Source: Marsupella aquatica
Taxonomy: Eukaryota; Plantae; Marchantiophyta
Assembly: GCA_973895155.1 (NCBI GenBank)
Contig: OZ316893.1
Location: 11,165,660-11,229,659, forward strand
Length of the DNA: 64,000 bases
Reading direction: 5' to 3'
This document shows, piece after piece, positions 28,467 to 39,642 of the stretch. The translations under genes were made by a program, and so were the position numbers. The notes under the pieces are model-generated. The model did no database searches. It was not told the DNA's origin and worked only from the letters and a program-made list of their open reading frames with translations. Each line of letters begins with the position of its first letter. Position 1 is the stretch's first letter.

Positions 28467-28863
28467 CGCCTCTTCCCTACGTGTCCTTGTTGGACAACTT
28501 GAATATGACTTCTCCTCATTTACATAGCTCATAATTATAAATGATAGAATGATGTAGATTGACCTTGGAGTCGTCTGAGCTTCCCCTGGCCAGCTACAAT
28601 CAAAGAGCAGAGCAAGGTCGTCTGGATGCTGGAACTTCCACCGTCCACGAACGTTGAAGCCTGGCTAGTTGACCTTCAGAACTACTTCGATCAACTACTG
28701 GTGCTCATACATAAGTACGGAAGTACAAGATAGTACTGTAGTAACTGCGAATTGAAAACTTAGGAGCCCTGGACAGGACTCGTCCTTCAATTCATGTCAT
28801 CTCGAACCTGCACAAAACCTAGAAAACGCATGAACAAAGAAGCACTAGTTGATCAGATCATAA

Positions 28864-28945
28864 CGAGGTAACATTTCGTACCCTGATAGCAAGGTATTAT
28901 TTCGTACCTTGATAGCAAGGTAACATTTCGTACCTTGATAGATCG
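28864..28945. repeat. three tandem ~25-bp repeats upstream of the laccase
   Basis: aggtaacatttcgtacc(c/t)tgatagc occurs three times; a related cgtacc.tgatagatc..tctatgg occurs again near 29100. Confidence 0.7.
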
Positions 28946-31900
28946 ATCAATCTATGGCCCAGTTAGCTGACCAACAACCATAACTATATATATGGACGAT
29001 GTATAATTCAAGTTTGCCTTACGATTGAACCCTAGTTTGAACTAAACACAAATGCAGCTAGGCGCAACCTGATATGCATGACCGAGGGAGTGAATGTCTC
29101 GTACCGTGATAGATCAATCTATGGAGCTAGCTCAACCACCGTCGGGATCAGGTCGAGGATGTCCGAATGTGTGACCAAGTTACGCTTGAGATTGATCTTG
29201 TTACAGTTACAAAACGTGACTATGTCTAGTAATTATGGGCACAGTTCTAGAGGCAGAATTATTGAAATCTGTGGAGTGTACTTGAGACGTAGCTGACTTG
29301 CAGAAAGATCTACACTCACTTGAAAATTATAAACCTCGGAATGTATGTTCGAGGCTATGTCTTCAAGATACGGATTGCCGATCCGATCGGTTGAGTGCTA
29401 TATATGTATGTCCGTCTCTAATGATTGTTCTAATCATCATTCAGTCTCTGCATTCTGGATCGTTGACAAGCGAGATATATACTCAAGCCTAGGACTGTAT
29501 CAATGGTCAGAAAACCTTCAAATTGGATGAAGCGAATTGAAACGCGTAGCAATTCTATTCATGAAGTGTTGGCGGACACGGACTGCTGATCACGTAATTA
29601 GGATGCAGCTACCAGCATTTCTTGATGATCTGGGCCGCACGGAAATCTCACCCTCAATTGAGTGTGGTCACCAATCAAGATCTCATCATGAATTTTCCCC
29701 GGTCAGCTGCAGCGCTACGAATAATGCCTCCCATTCCCAGAGTATGGCCAGCAGCGACATGATTATGTTATGATCGCTTTACGAACTTGAGCTAGCCAAC
29801 TCTTAAACCTAGATATCGCCACACAGAACTGCTGGCTGTTCGATTAATAAGATGGATTTTGTTGTACCAGCCTCGCATCTTTGTGGCACCAGCCTCGCGT
29901 TGATGCTTTAATTGCTGCTAGCAGTGGGTGAGCCACACATTCGGAGTGCTTACTACCAAATCAAACGATTCATACAATGCTACTCTTCCCAAATTACATA
30001 CCAAACTGTCGAGCATTGCCCGGATGAAAATAGACAAATGAATAGTCTCAAGCAAGAGCGCAACTTAGGCTAGAGAACTAATGAATGTACCTAAACCTGA
30101 AAATGACCTTTTAGCCTTACATTGGTAATTTGTTAAATTTGATATCGCTTTAAACCTGAAACCTGTCGTAAAATATTGTAAAAATTTAGAAGCATTAAAA
30201 ATTTATAGTTTTATTAGGTTGTCTTCAATCTTTGAAGGAAATTCAAATCTTTTGGAGACTGAAGAAGATAGATCTCTGGACGTACATGCATCTGATATGG
30301 AATATGTTACAATTGGCAGCGGCGACAAATATACTAGCGGTCGAAGATGAGCCTTCGGTTCGACAGTCATGTCAGTGCAAAAGAAATGTCCAAAGAAATC
30401 ATGTCTACCGTCATCGATCGGGTCATTATTTCATTCACCTGTCAGTAGCTTTACTTTAATTAGGTCCACAAGTTTGATCGACGAGGCCGAGGGTGTCCTT
30501 CGAGCATTTAGAGCATGATCTCCACTGGTGCTCCGTTTAGCACCGGAACAACTAAATGGCGAGAAAACTTCGTGGGGTACCCTGCATCATCAAAATTTTA
30601 GATATTATCACTCGACATCCAGATTTAAGCTGCCCGGGAAGCTGCCGCAGCCAGTTTTTGCACGAATGGTGTTCGCCAAACCAACCTGCCAATTAGACCG
30701 CAATTTGCATTGACGCATTGACGGCAGACGTAACACGACGAGTCCGATTGGAAGGCACCGATTGGAAGGAGGTACAAATGCGTGATTTCGGGATATACCA
30801 TACTCATCCTATAACATGTAAAGTTATTTTGTCCTCTACCAAAAAAATTAAGTTTTTTAGTGAAATATTTAAATGTTTTTAGTGAAATACAGATGATAAT
30901 ATAAATAAAATATTGATTAGTAAACGTGACATTGAAAAGTTGTGTACAAGAATAAAAATACACATGTAAAGAAAACTAATAATGAACAGAAAAAATTTAA
31001 GTTTATGGTATTGGGTTCTACACATACTATACACCCGTACAAATATTTATGTACTTGTCTTAGGTAATGACACTAAATAAATTAAACTCATAAATTTATG
31101 ACACAAAACCATGAATAAAACTTAAAGACATGAGGAGTGTACTTTAATTAGATCATTTTTTCTTCACTAAGGGCTAAAACTTCAGTGAGCTTTGTTAAAG
31201 GGTGGATGATCAAAAGTATAGCAAAGATTGAAAAATATAGAGGGGTGCCAGATTAAATTCAAAATATAAAGTATGCAAGAGATGCACCTTGGTAAGACAC
31301 ATTGAATTAAAATACACAAGAAAAGAAGTTTGAATAAGACAAAATACTGGAAGATGGATTCACCATATAGCAGTTTCATTCTGATTGGAGGTTAGCCTCG
31401 GGAGTTTTGTTCGGGTTGTCTAATGTTTTGTATGGCACTCTAGAAATTTAATAAACCAGACTTAGTCTAGCGTGCCATACAAAAACCTGCTCATGTACAA
31501 GGGCCGCATTTATTAACTAAGGTTATAATTTTCAACACTTACAGTGAAATATCTCATAGTTTTTACTCTCATCGCCATATTCAACCGTATTCCAATTTTG
31601 AAATCTTCACAGGCTCGAACTCGTTAAATAATTCCAAAGTTACATAACCAAGGGGTCCTTGAACTAATATACAAAGGTTTTACCTCTTTCCATTTTTAAA
31701 TGTTTTTAGGAGGTGGTGGGCTAGCTTCTCAGGGGTTTAACTTTATTTTATTTTAGGATGTCATGCCGTATTTTTTTTGCTTAGTTGTTATGCCGTGGAG
31801 CTTTTCTCCTTTGCCTGGGGAATAGAGGCTGGTGCAACTTCTTCTTAAAGTGTACCAGTGTTTGGGTTGTTTGTTGCATTCATGGAGGCAAGCGAGAGAA

Positions 31901-32771
31901 TTCAGGAGGACAAATCCTCCTTGGTCTTGGCCTGTCCCGTCCCTGTTGATGCTCCCCCTCCCCCCTCCCATGCATCATCTCTACTTATCTTCACTTTTCA
32001 ATGTTGATTATTTTCCTTTCACTTTGTACATTTTAATATTTTCTCCATAAATTTATATTTACCATACTACATCTTTGATGCTAGCTTTAATGCAATGGCG
32101 TCTTTTACGCTATGAAAACCTCAATGCAACAACCTCTTTAATTTGTGGAATAGCATTCTTTACGCAACTATCTCTTTTATGCAAATTCTGTTACATAATG
32201 ATGTCCTTTCTTCCACAACATCTTTTGCAAAAAGGCAACATTTCCACAACTACATTTTTTGCACAAAAACATCATTTCTAGTCAGATAACTTTTGTACAA
32301 TGACATATTCTGAGCAAATGAATGCATAAGTATTGAGCTTGATATATGATATTGATATTAATGATATATGATATTGATATTAATGATCTGGTTTGTTAGA
32401 AAATTCATTTGCTGCCCTTTCTGATGGGCTAAAGTGAGTCTTGAGAAGCTATATACTCTTAGGAAAACTAGCTCTACCAATCCCCCCTCTCCCGGAGCAG
32501 AAGTACGGTACTCAAACCCCTCCTTGTGAGTCTTCTCTTGCATTTCCATTGAAGGTCATGGGCCATATATAACCCCGTGACCAAGATAGCCCTTGATTTA
32601 AATCTCTTTGTAGTGGGGCAAACCAACAGTACTCCTAAAAGCATAGTTTTCAGAATACTTTCAAGGAGAGTTTATGCCTTGCCCTTAAGCATCGTCTAAA
32701 TATGAAAATTTCTCTTTTCATATTGGGTGTTTTGATCAATACAAAATGAATTGATCAGGCAATGATTTGAG

Positions 32772-32950
32772 TTACCAAGTGCACGGAGCCAGTAAGTGAG
32801 GGGTACAGAAGATCGATTTGTCAATTTTTTGCATCAAGAAGCCAATAGAATTTTCTTCCCAGTTGAAAAATCCAGCGACAATGTCATTTTCCACGAACTT
32901 TGGATCATTTGACAATACCACCTTGCCACTACCAAAGGTTGACAGAGATT
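32772..32950 (-). pseudogene. fragment of an NADP-dependent 2-alkenal reductase (MDR family)
   Basis: SLSTFGSGKVVLSNDPKFVENDIVAGFFNWEENS...LMQKID resembles the GxGxxKVxxSxxPxFxxGDxVxGxxxWEEYS segment of plant alkenal reductases. No other exons are seen. Confidence 0.6.
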
Positions 32951-33967
32951 GGCTGCAAAACCACATTGAGGGTCAGAACGCAACACAAAACCATTTCATA
33001 ACCAGGTGCGAGAAAATTCAACTTTACAATGCTTGATTGGACCACGGCTATGCTTACTTAATAAACATTCAGGCATAGCCCAGCAGGCCCTGGATGGATG
33101 ACAGTGAGTAAAAGGATGCGTCCTCCATCAAGACATGCAAGACATACTAGACTCCGTGAACCTAAGCATAGAGGAGCTACCAGAACCTCTCAAGAATTTC
33201 CACAAACATTCTTAACACGGTTTCGGACCGACCAAGAAGCGTGACACACTTCTCGTTTAGCCCGATTCCATTTTTTTTCTAAGGCAATGCAATCTCCGAT
33301 AAAACTGCCGAAAAATTAAAAAACACCAGTTTCCTACATTGCATCGCCGCAGGAATGCAGGGAGCTATACGTGCATTGGATTTTACATTCAGTCTGTGAA
33401 AAATTCCGAAGTGCAAGTAACTTGGTCCGAACCACGTAATCAAGGTCGACCACGCACTAACCCGGGTTAAGGGGGAAAGTAACCGTGGTTAATGGGGAAA
33501 GTAACCATGGTTAGAGCATCCCCTATATAAAGAGGAGCGGGCTGCCCGGCCATAAAAAGTTTATTTTTGCCGGAGCAAACAACACCTCACTTAGAGTGAA
33601 TACTAAACTCCTATCGAGTCTTACATTCCTCCCAAAAGACTTGACTCTTTCTCCAGATAACCCGATAAATTTATCGAAACTACCATTCCAGTTCGAGTAT
33701 CATCTATGTAAGGTTGACTTGTCATTTGGTGTCAATGTCCTGATCCAAGTAGACTGCGATAAATTTATCGCATTCTGCATTCCTATGTTGCATTCCTTTG
33801 ATCCAGTAAAACAAGAGGAGTCCACATTCATTCCATAGACTATATTCAAGGTCCGATAAATTTATTGGAGTCTTCATTCCTTTGATGGATAAAAGATTAA
33901 TTGAGACTCCGATAAATTGATCAGAGTTTCCATTACTGTGATTGACTGAAGATTGTTTGAGACTCCG

Positions 33968-34264
33968 CTCGGGGGTCTCACTATATGGATGCCTCCCCAT
34001 CCCCTGCGACGTTTTTAGGCCTCGGACCCCCTAAAATGTAAGAAAACAATATTATTTTTCAACCCCTATAAAGTTGTAATATTCTTGGAATATTCCAAAA
34101 ATTTGGTTAGAAAGACCCTAATGTTCTTATAAGTCTCAAAATTAAATTTAAAAGACCCTATTGTTCTTCTACACAAATTCTTAACTCTTCCCTTTAAACC
34201 AATAAAACAACCCTATCCTTCGTCACACGTGATGTGCCATTTTTGTGGAAGTGAAACCCCCGAG
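33968..34264 (+). mobile_element. MITE of the CTCGGGG family (297 bp)
   Basis: TIRs ctcgggggtctcact ... agtgaaacccccgag and a perfect 8-bp TSD AGACTCCG (33960-33967 / 34265-34272). Confidence 0.93.
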
Positions 34265-35099
34265 AGACTCCGATAAATTTATCGGAGTTTCCATTCCTGT
34301 GATTGATTGAAGATTGTTTGAGACTCCGATAAATTAATCGGAGTATCCCTTCCTTTAAAGGATTCAGGGCTTAGGCGGGGGCTTAGGTGTGTGAGGGAGT
34401 CATGTCTTCAAGGTGAATGCGAAGTGCGATAAACTTATCACACCCTCCTGTGAGACTCATTTTCCTCTATTTTGTTTGGAGACTCATCTTCCTCTGTGAT
34501 GTCGCAATGCTGCCGGGTTTAGGAGGCACAACGTAAGGTTGATTGCACTCGGTGGATCACGGGTACAGTGACCAATGGCTATCTTAATTCAAAATCGTGT
34601 CAAGCGTGGCCGGTTGTACAAGAAACTTGTGCAACGTAAAGTTCTCCCCATTGGTGTAGGAGCGTTGTGGATGGGTGGTACTCATCCCGGAGATAGGTAG
34701 AATCCTCTCCGGATTGAGTTTTGCGGAATGAATGGTGCAGAAGTTCCAATTTGTTTGAGGTTGATGTTAACGGCGTGTCTCCATTCTTTGGAGTTTTCTT
34801 GTAACTATTGTTGTTGTCGTCTTGACAACAAGTACGTACCATAAATTGGCATACTTATGTTGTTATATTTGGAATGAGGACCCTTGGGTCAACCTTTCAC
34901 GATGAGTGTTGCAACCTTCACATTGAGGCGCGTTTTGTAAGGACATATTCAATTAAACAAGTCTTACCCATGTGCAGCAAATATAATACGGTCTGAGTCC
35001 TAATCTTTAAACTGTCATGTAGGGTTGGTACTGTGGATATCTATGGTTACACCTGGTGATTGAAGGTACTTTTATTGGTGGTTTTGGTATCTCTACTTA

Positions 35100-38000
35100 A
35101 TGGCTGTGTCGGAGAACCTAATCGTTGCTAAGATGGCATCTGTGTTAGCCCACGAGCGTAGGAAATATACTCGAGGAAAAGTGGCCGGTGTGGAATGCGG
35201 AAGTTTGTTGAATGGACTTCGTAATGAACTCGTTGAATCTCACATTTGGCCTCTCTTGGCATTGTCTTGCACACACGATGAACACCTTGGCCATGACCTA
35301 AAACTTTTACCCGAAGAACGACTGGCTCGAATGAGAACAATCATTTGTCTTGGAGCCACCTCAAAGTGTCATGCGATTGACATGGGTCTTAACACCAAAA
35401 ACGTCACTATGGGTGCCAAAATCATCTCCTTGTACCTGAAGATCACAAAGGGATGTTGTGAAGGCCGGTAAACACCAATTTCTGCCCTTAACACCAGACC
35501 ATCATAACAAGACTCCGTCACACATCACCCAAGCTCAATCCCTAAGAACCAAGGTTGGGAATCAGATCCTGTGCTCATGATAGTTCTGGTGAGAAGGGGT
35601 CTTCATATAAGGCCCGTACACATAGGGCCTAGCGCTATGGTGCGCATATGTCTATATGTATGCTTACTGTCATAGGTATATTTCTATTCCGCCACCGGAA
35701 TGTACCCATAAACCAGTGACTCCTGATTGATTCCCGGCTTAGGGACTTCTAAGCCATTGCCCCACCACTATGCCATTCCACTCTCAGCAATCAGAGCTGT
35801 GACAGGCCTCACCCAACCCACTTCAATGCACCCGGTACACCTCTCAGTGGCGCTACTAGTCCCATCATACACTCAGATTGCCTCACACACACACACATCC
35901 ATGAGAGAAATGAGGCCTGAGAGGAAAACTCAATTAGATTCAAAGATGTGCACAACAATTCATTGAGAACACTTGATCCGAACAATAGGCCCGAAGGCTG
36001 TCTCCTCCAGATTGGGACGTGCTTGCCCTGCAAGCCTCGTGCTTGCCATGCAAGCTCAATCCTGAACCTGAGCCCGGCTCAATCTAGATTGCGACGGTAG
36101 ATTGGACTCAAACCGATCCCGTACTTGCCTTGCAAACTCAATCCTGAACTCAACCTCCTTCACTGCACCTCATTCTGGGTGGCACATACAGATCTCACAC
36201 CTCCAATCATTTCCGAATGTCAAGTAAGTTACGCATGCACAGTTGACTCGACTTCAAAGCTGGTACCAGGCCTAATGGCGATCTATCCCAGACTGCAATG
36301 AGGCCCGGCCTCACGCTTGCCCTGCAAGCTCCGCTCTGGCCATAGATCCCTTAGTGCTCTCCACCAGACAAAGGCCGGGACTCCCCATGGATCACATAGC
36401 CTTGCCAGACTGAACTGTAAATGCTCCTCCTGCTGCCCCTCAATCAGTGTCTCAGCCTCCCTAATGTGCTCACCGCAAATTGAATTGAAATCTTCCCCAC
36501 AGTTTACAATCACCAACACAGCACCTATCACCAAGGCTCTGTATCGGGGGAAAAGAACCCAGTTGTGTTGCCCACTACAAAGAGCCACAATCCAACTTGT
36601 AAACCTGGCCAACTATTGTTGTGAAGCGTGGTTGATTACTCCCTGAGTAATAGCACAACCAAGCACTCCCCAACACATAGCTTCCAGGCCCAGCCTTCCT
36701 TGCACAAAGCTCCTCCCTGCTGCTCAGTCTACGTGAGATCACACAACTGAAGTCCCCCCTGCCTCTACCGGGGGGCTGCTCTATATACTCTCATATTGAG
36801 CCCAAATGGGTGGATACTACGCTGCTGGAGCCCCATCCCAGCCCTAACAGAGCCGCCACTATCTCTAACTATTGAACCCTAACTTGCAACTTTATTTCTA
36901 TCTCAAATTGGCTATGTACTTCGGATTTGGCCCTCCTCCATGGTTTTTGCGAGCCTGCGCCTCCTCTCCTGATTTCTCTATTCAACCATTTGTTGCGTGG
37001 ATAGTAGCGTTAGAAGCGGCTTGAGCTCCTCTTTCCAACGAGGTCAATTATAGCCGATTTGGTCAAATACACAGAAAGTTATGCCCCCGTAACCGAGAGG
37101 GGGTACTCACTGCTATGTTAACCCGAGTTACATAGCTAACCCGAGTTCGGCTAACCTGGCTATCCTATCTAACCCGAGTAGAGCTAACCCGTGGTCTCGG
37201 GTTAGGCCGCTATCCGCTAACCTAGGCTAAGCTAAGCCTGAACCTGAACTTACCTATGCTAACCCAAGCCCGAGTTTAGGCTAACCCGAGTTCAGTCTAA
37301 CCCGGGATCAATCTAATCGGAACCAGGGTTAAGCCTAAGCTGAAGCCGTGCTAACATGAGCTAAGCTGAAGCCGTGCTTACATAAGCTAAGCCGTGGCCG
37401 AGCTTAGGTTAACCCGAAACCGAAGCCGAATCCGCTCATTCCGGCCACAAGTTAACCCGTCACACTAATTAGGCCGTATCTTTCTTAATACACCTCCGTT
37501 TCCCGAGTGTTTTATATCGATTTTACTCGCCTTGACCAGATCTTTTCAATGCTCTTTACAGATCCGAATTTGGTGACGTATTGAAAGAGATATGGTCGCC
37601 AACCACCCGCAACATAGCTTTTATTTCCCTAACATTCTAAGACTAGACTATGAACCACTAACCCAAATAACAAAATGAAGCTACACACCCAAGACATTCA
37701 GATTTTATCATGAGACATACCACACAGCTTCAGCTATGGAGACTCGCTTCCTCCTCTCTTCCCCAGTTTCTCCTTTGTGGCCTTGACAGTGACTACCTCA
37801 ACTGTGTCTGCCTTGGTTGTGCAGTCTTCAAGCTGAAATGCCTTTATCCCTACTCTTAACGCCATGATTGCCCTTATTCTTGCCAGCTTGCTAATTGTTA
37901 TGCAATATCAATAGCTACTCCTTGCATACAGCAACCTACTTACTCAGATTATAGAATAAGGACCATGTCAGCAGCGTCACACAAAGAAATGGAACCATCT

Positions 38001-38157
38001 TGTTGTTGGTACACAATTTTGGGCTTTAATAAAATACGCAGTCCGTGAGATTAATGACATAAACAAAATGCTCGCAAGCATTCTAATGCAGACCTTCTCT
38101 CAAACCTACATATTCCTAGGGTCTTCCGAGAGAAAACTCATTTCCTCCCTCCCATAG
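35100..38157 (+). pseudogene. F-box-like gene split by a solo LTR
   Basis: Removing 35367-37986 joins ...LLNGLRNELVESHIWPLL...RMRTIICLGATSK to KWNHLVVGTQFW in frame. This gives an F-box-like L-x-x-L-P-x-E/D-L...SKxWxxLV pattern. Stop at 38155-38157. Confidence 0.6.
35367..37981. mobile_element. solo LTR, ~2.6 kb
   Basis: TGTCATGC...GCGTCACA ends with a 5-bp TSD CAAAG (35362-35366 / 37982-37986). Its removal restores the flanking reading frame. It contains an array of ctaacccgag-like repeats (~37110-37460). Confidence 0.85.
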
Positions 38158-38600
38158 ATATGCTTGGGTGCTTTTTGTATGACCGATTAGATGCGTTTCT
38201 TAGAGTTTGGGTGAATCTTGGAGAAAGCGGGAAGCGGAAAATTCTTGCATGGCATGGACGAGTCTGGGTGGATGAGGCATTGCTGCAAATATCCGATAAA
38301 TTTATCGCACTCCTCATTCCTCTGGTCTATTTAGTAGTCAATTGATTTTAGTGGGTGGTTTTCTCGAGAAGAGCTTGTAAAGAAACATTTTGAATGTAAA
38401 TGACACTGAATTGCTTTGCCTGACTTCGGGTTGTGTGGTCCAGAGTGTAGTTTTTTGCGCATCTAAGGACGATTAGCTGACAAGTGCATGGCTTCACAAC
38501 CCGTTATACAAGGTACTATAAAGTTGGAATAAACTTGTAGAATTGGAATGAGTTAATGTTCTCCAAAATTTGTTCCTGATTTCCATTCGCTGATCAGGCC

Positions 38601-39074
38601 ATGCTCGAGCGACGCATTTTTGTACCCTTTGTCGATCCTCCGGAATGGGGGAATGGCGCTATGATGGACCAACTAAGGAGGCTGGATGAATCACTAATTT
38701 TAAAGATTTGCAGGCTGGTCACAAAACCGTTTTATAATAACGCATTTCACTTCTACGTAGACCAGGTAGAGGGAGAAATCTATATCCGGTGGGATAGATA
38801 TGTTGCATTTTCTAGAAGAGTTATCCTGCTCTTTCTGAAAACCGATGCAGTAAAACGGTTTATACTGCACTGTTGTCATGTTGTCAAGGGCAATCCTGCA
38901 TATGAACCAGAATTCTATGCCCACAATAGACGTAGAGCATTCGATGAGATTCATGATGTGATTGACCAGCTGGACAATCCTCTTGCCACCAAGTTTTTGA
39001 TTGACACTGGTGGGAAACTATATTTGTACATGACTATCACGGGACTTGTCAACTCCCCCACGGCCTTTATGTGA
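38601..39074 (+). CDS. hypothetical 157-aa cargo protein of the outer element
   Basis: ATG-initiated ORF with globular, protein-like composition and an AATAAA downstream (~39186). No family recognised. Confidence 0.5.
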   Translation: MLERRIFVPFVDPPEWGNGAMMDQLRRLDESLILKICRLVTKPFYNNAFHFYVDQVEGEIYIRWDRYVAFSRRVILLFLKTDAVKRFILHCCHVVKGNPAYEPEFYAHNRRRAFDEIHDVIDQLDNPLATKFLIDTGGKLYLYMTITGLVNSPTAFM

Positions 39075-39642
39075 GTTGTTTAAGTTAGTCTATGTATGTT
39101 GCCTATGGACGAACATCCTTGCCAATGGTGAGATGTGTCAATGTTGCTCAAATGCTTGTTGTGACATTCCGTCACGCTGATATTCAATAAAAGTAGTGAA
39201 CCTTGAGACTGGTGATGTTGATTTCCATTGGCTGCATGGGCTTATGATCATAGCGTCACTCATATTCCCCGATGGCCCAAGAAGCTAATCTCTCAATATG
39301 TTGTAGCGCGGTTTGATCTTGAACAAGAAGCCTTAAGGGATGAGTCCAAAGCCTTATTTCTCTTTTCAAAATCTTCATGATATTAAAAAGTGTATACCAA
39401 AAAACCACCAAAAAATGGTATGTATTTTTCAAACTAGACTCAAGAGAATTTTACCACCAAAATCTAAGCATATCTTATATGATATTCTCACAATTGTATA
39501 AACCTTGAAATATGCACTTTATAAAAGTAATCAAAATCAAACTCATCGATCAGAGTTTAAGTCAAACTCAAAGTTTTACAAAATATAACCCAACTTAAGC
39601 CCAAGTGGTTTCAAATGCTACGAGTCCCTCTATTTATCTAGT

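Noticed and set aside
30508-30540. Tourist/Harbinger-like end (tta gagcatgatctccactggtg)
   Set aside because: No matching opposite TIR was found.
33660-34345. Regularly spaced palindromic repeats resembling a CRISPR array
   Set aside because: The spacers are themselves duplicated, the repeat core is only 14-22 bp, there are no cas genes, and the DNA is eukaryotic.
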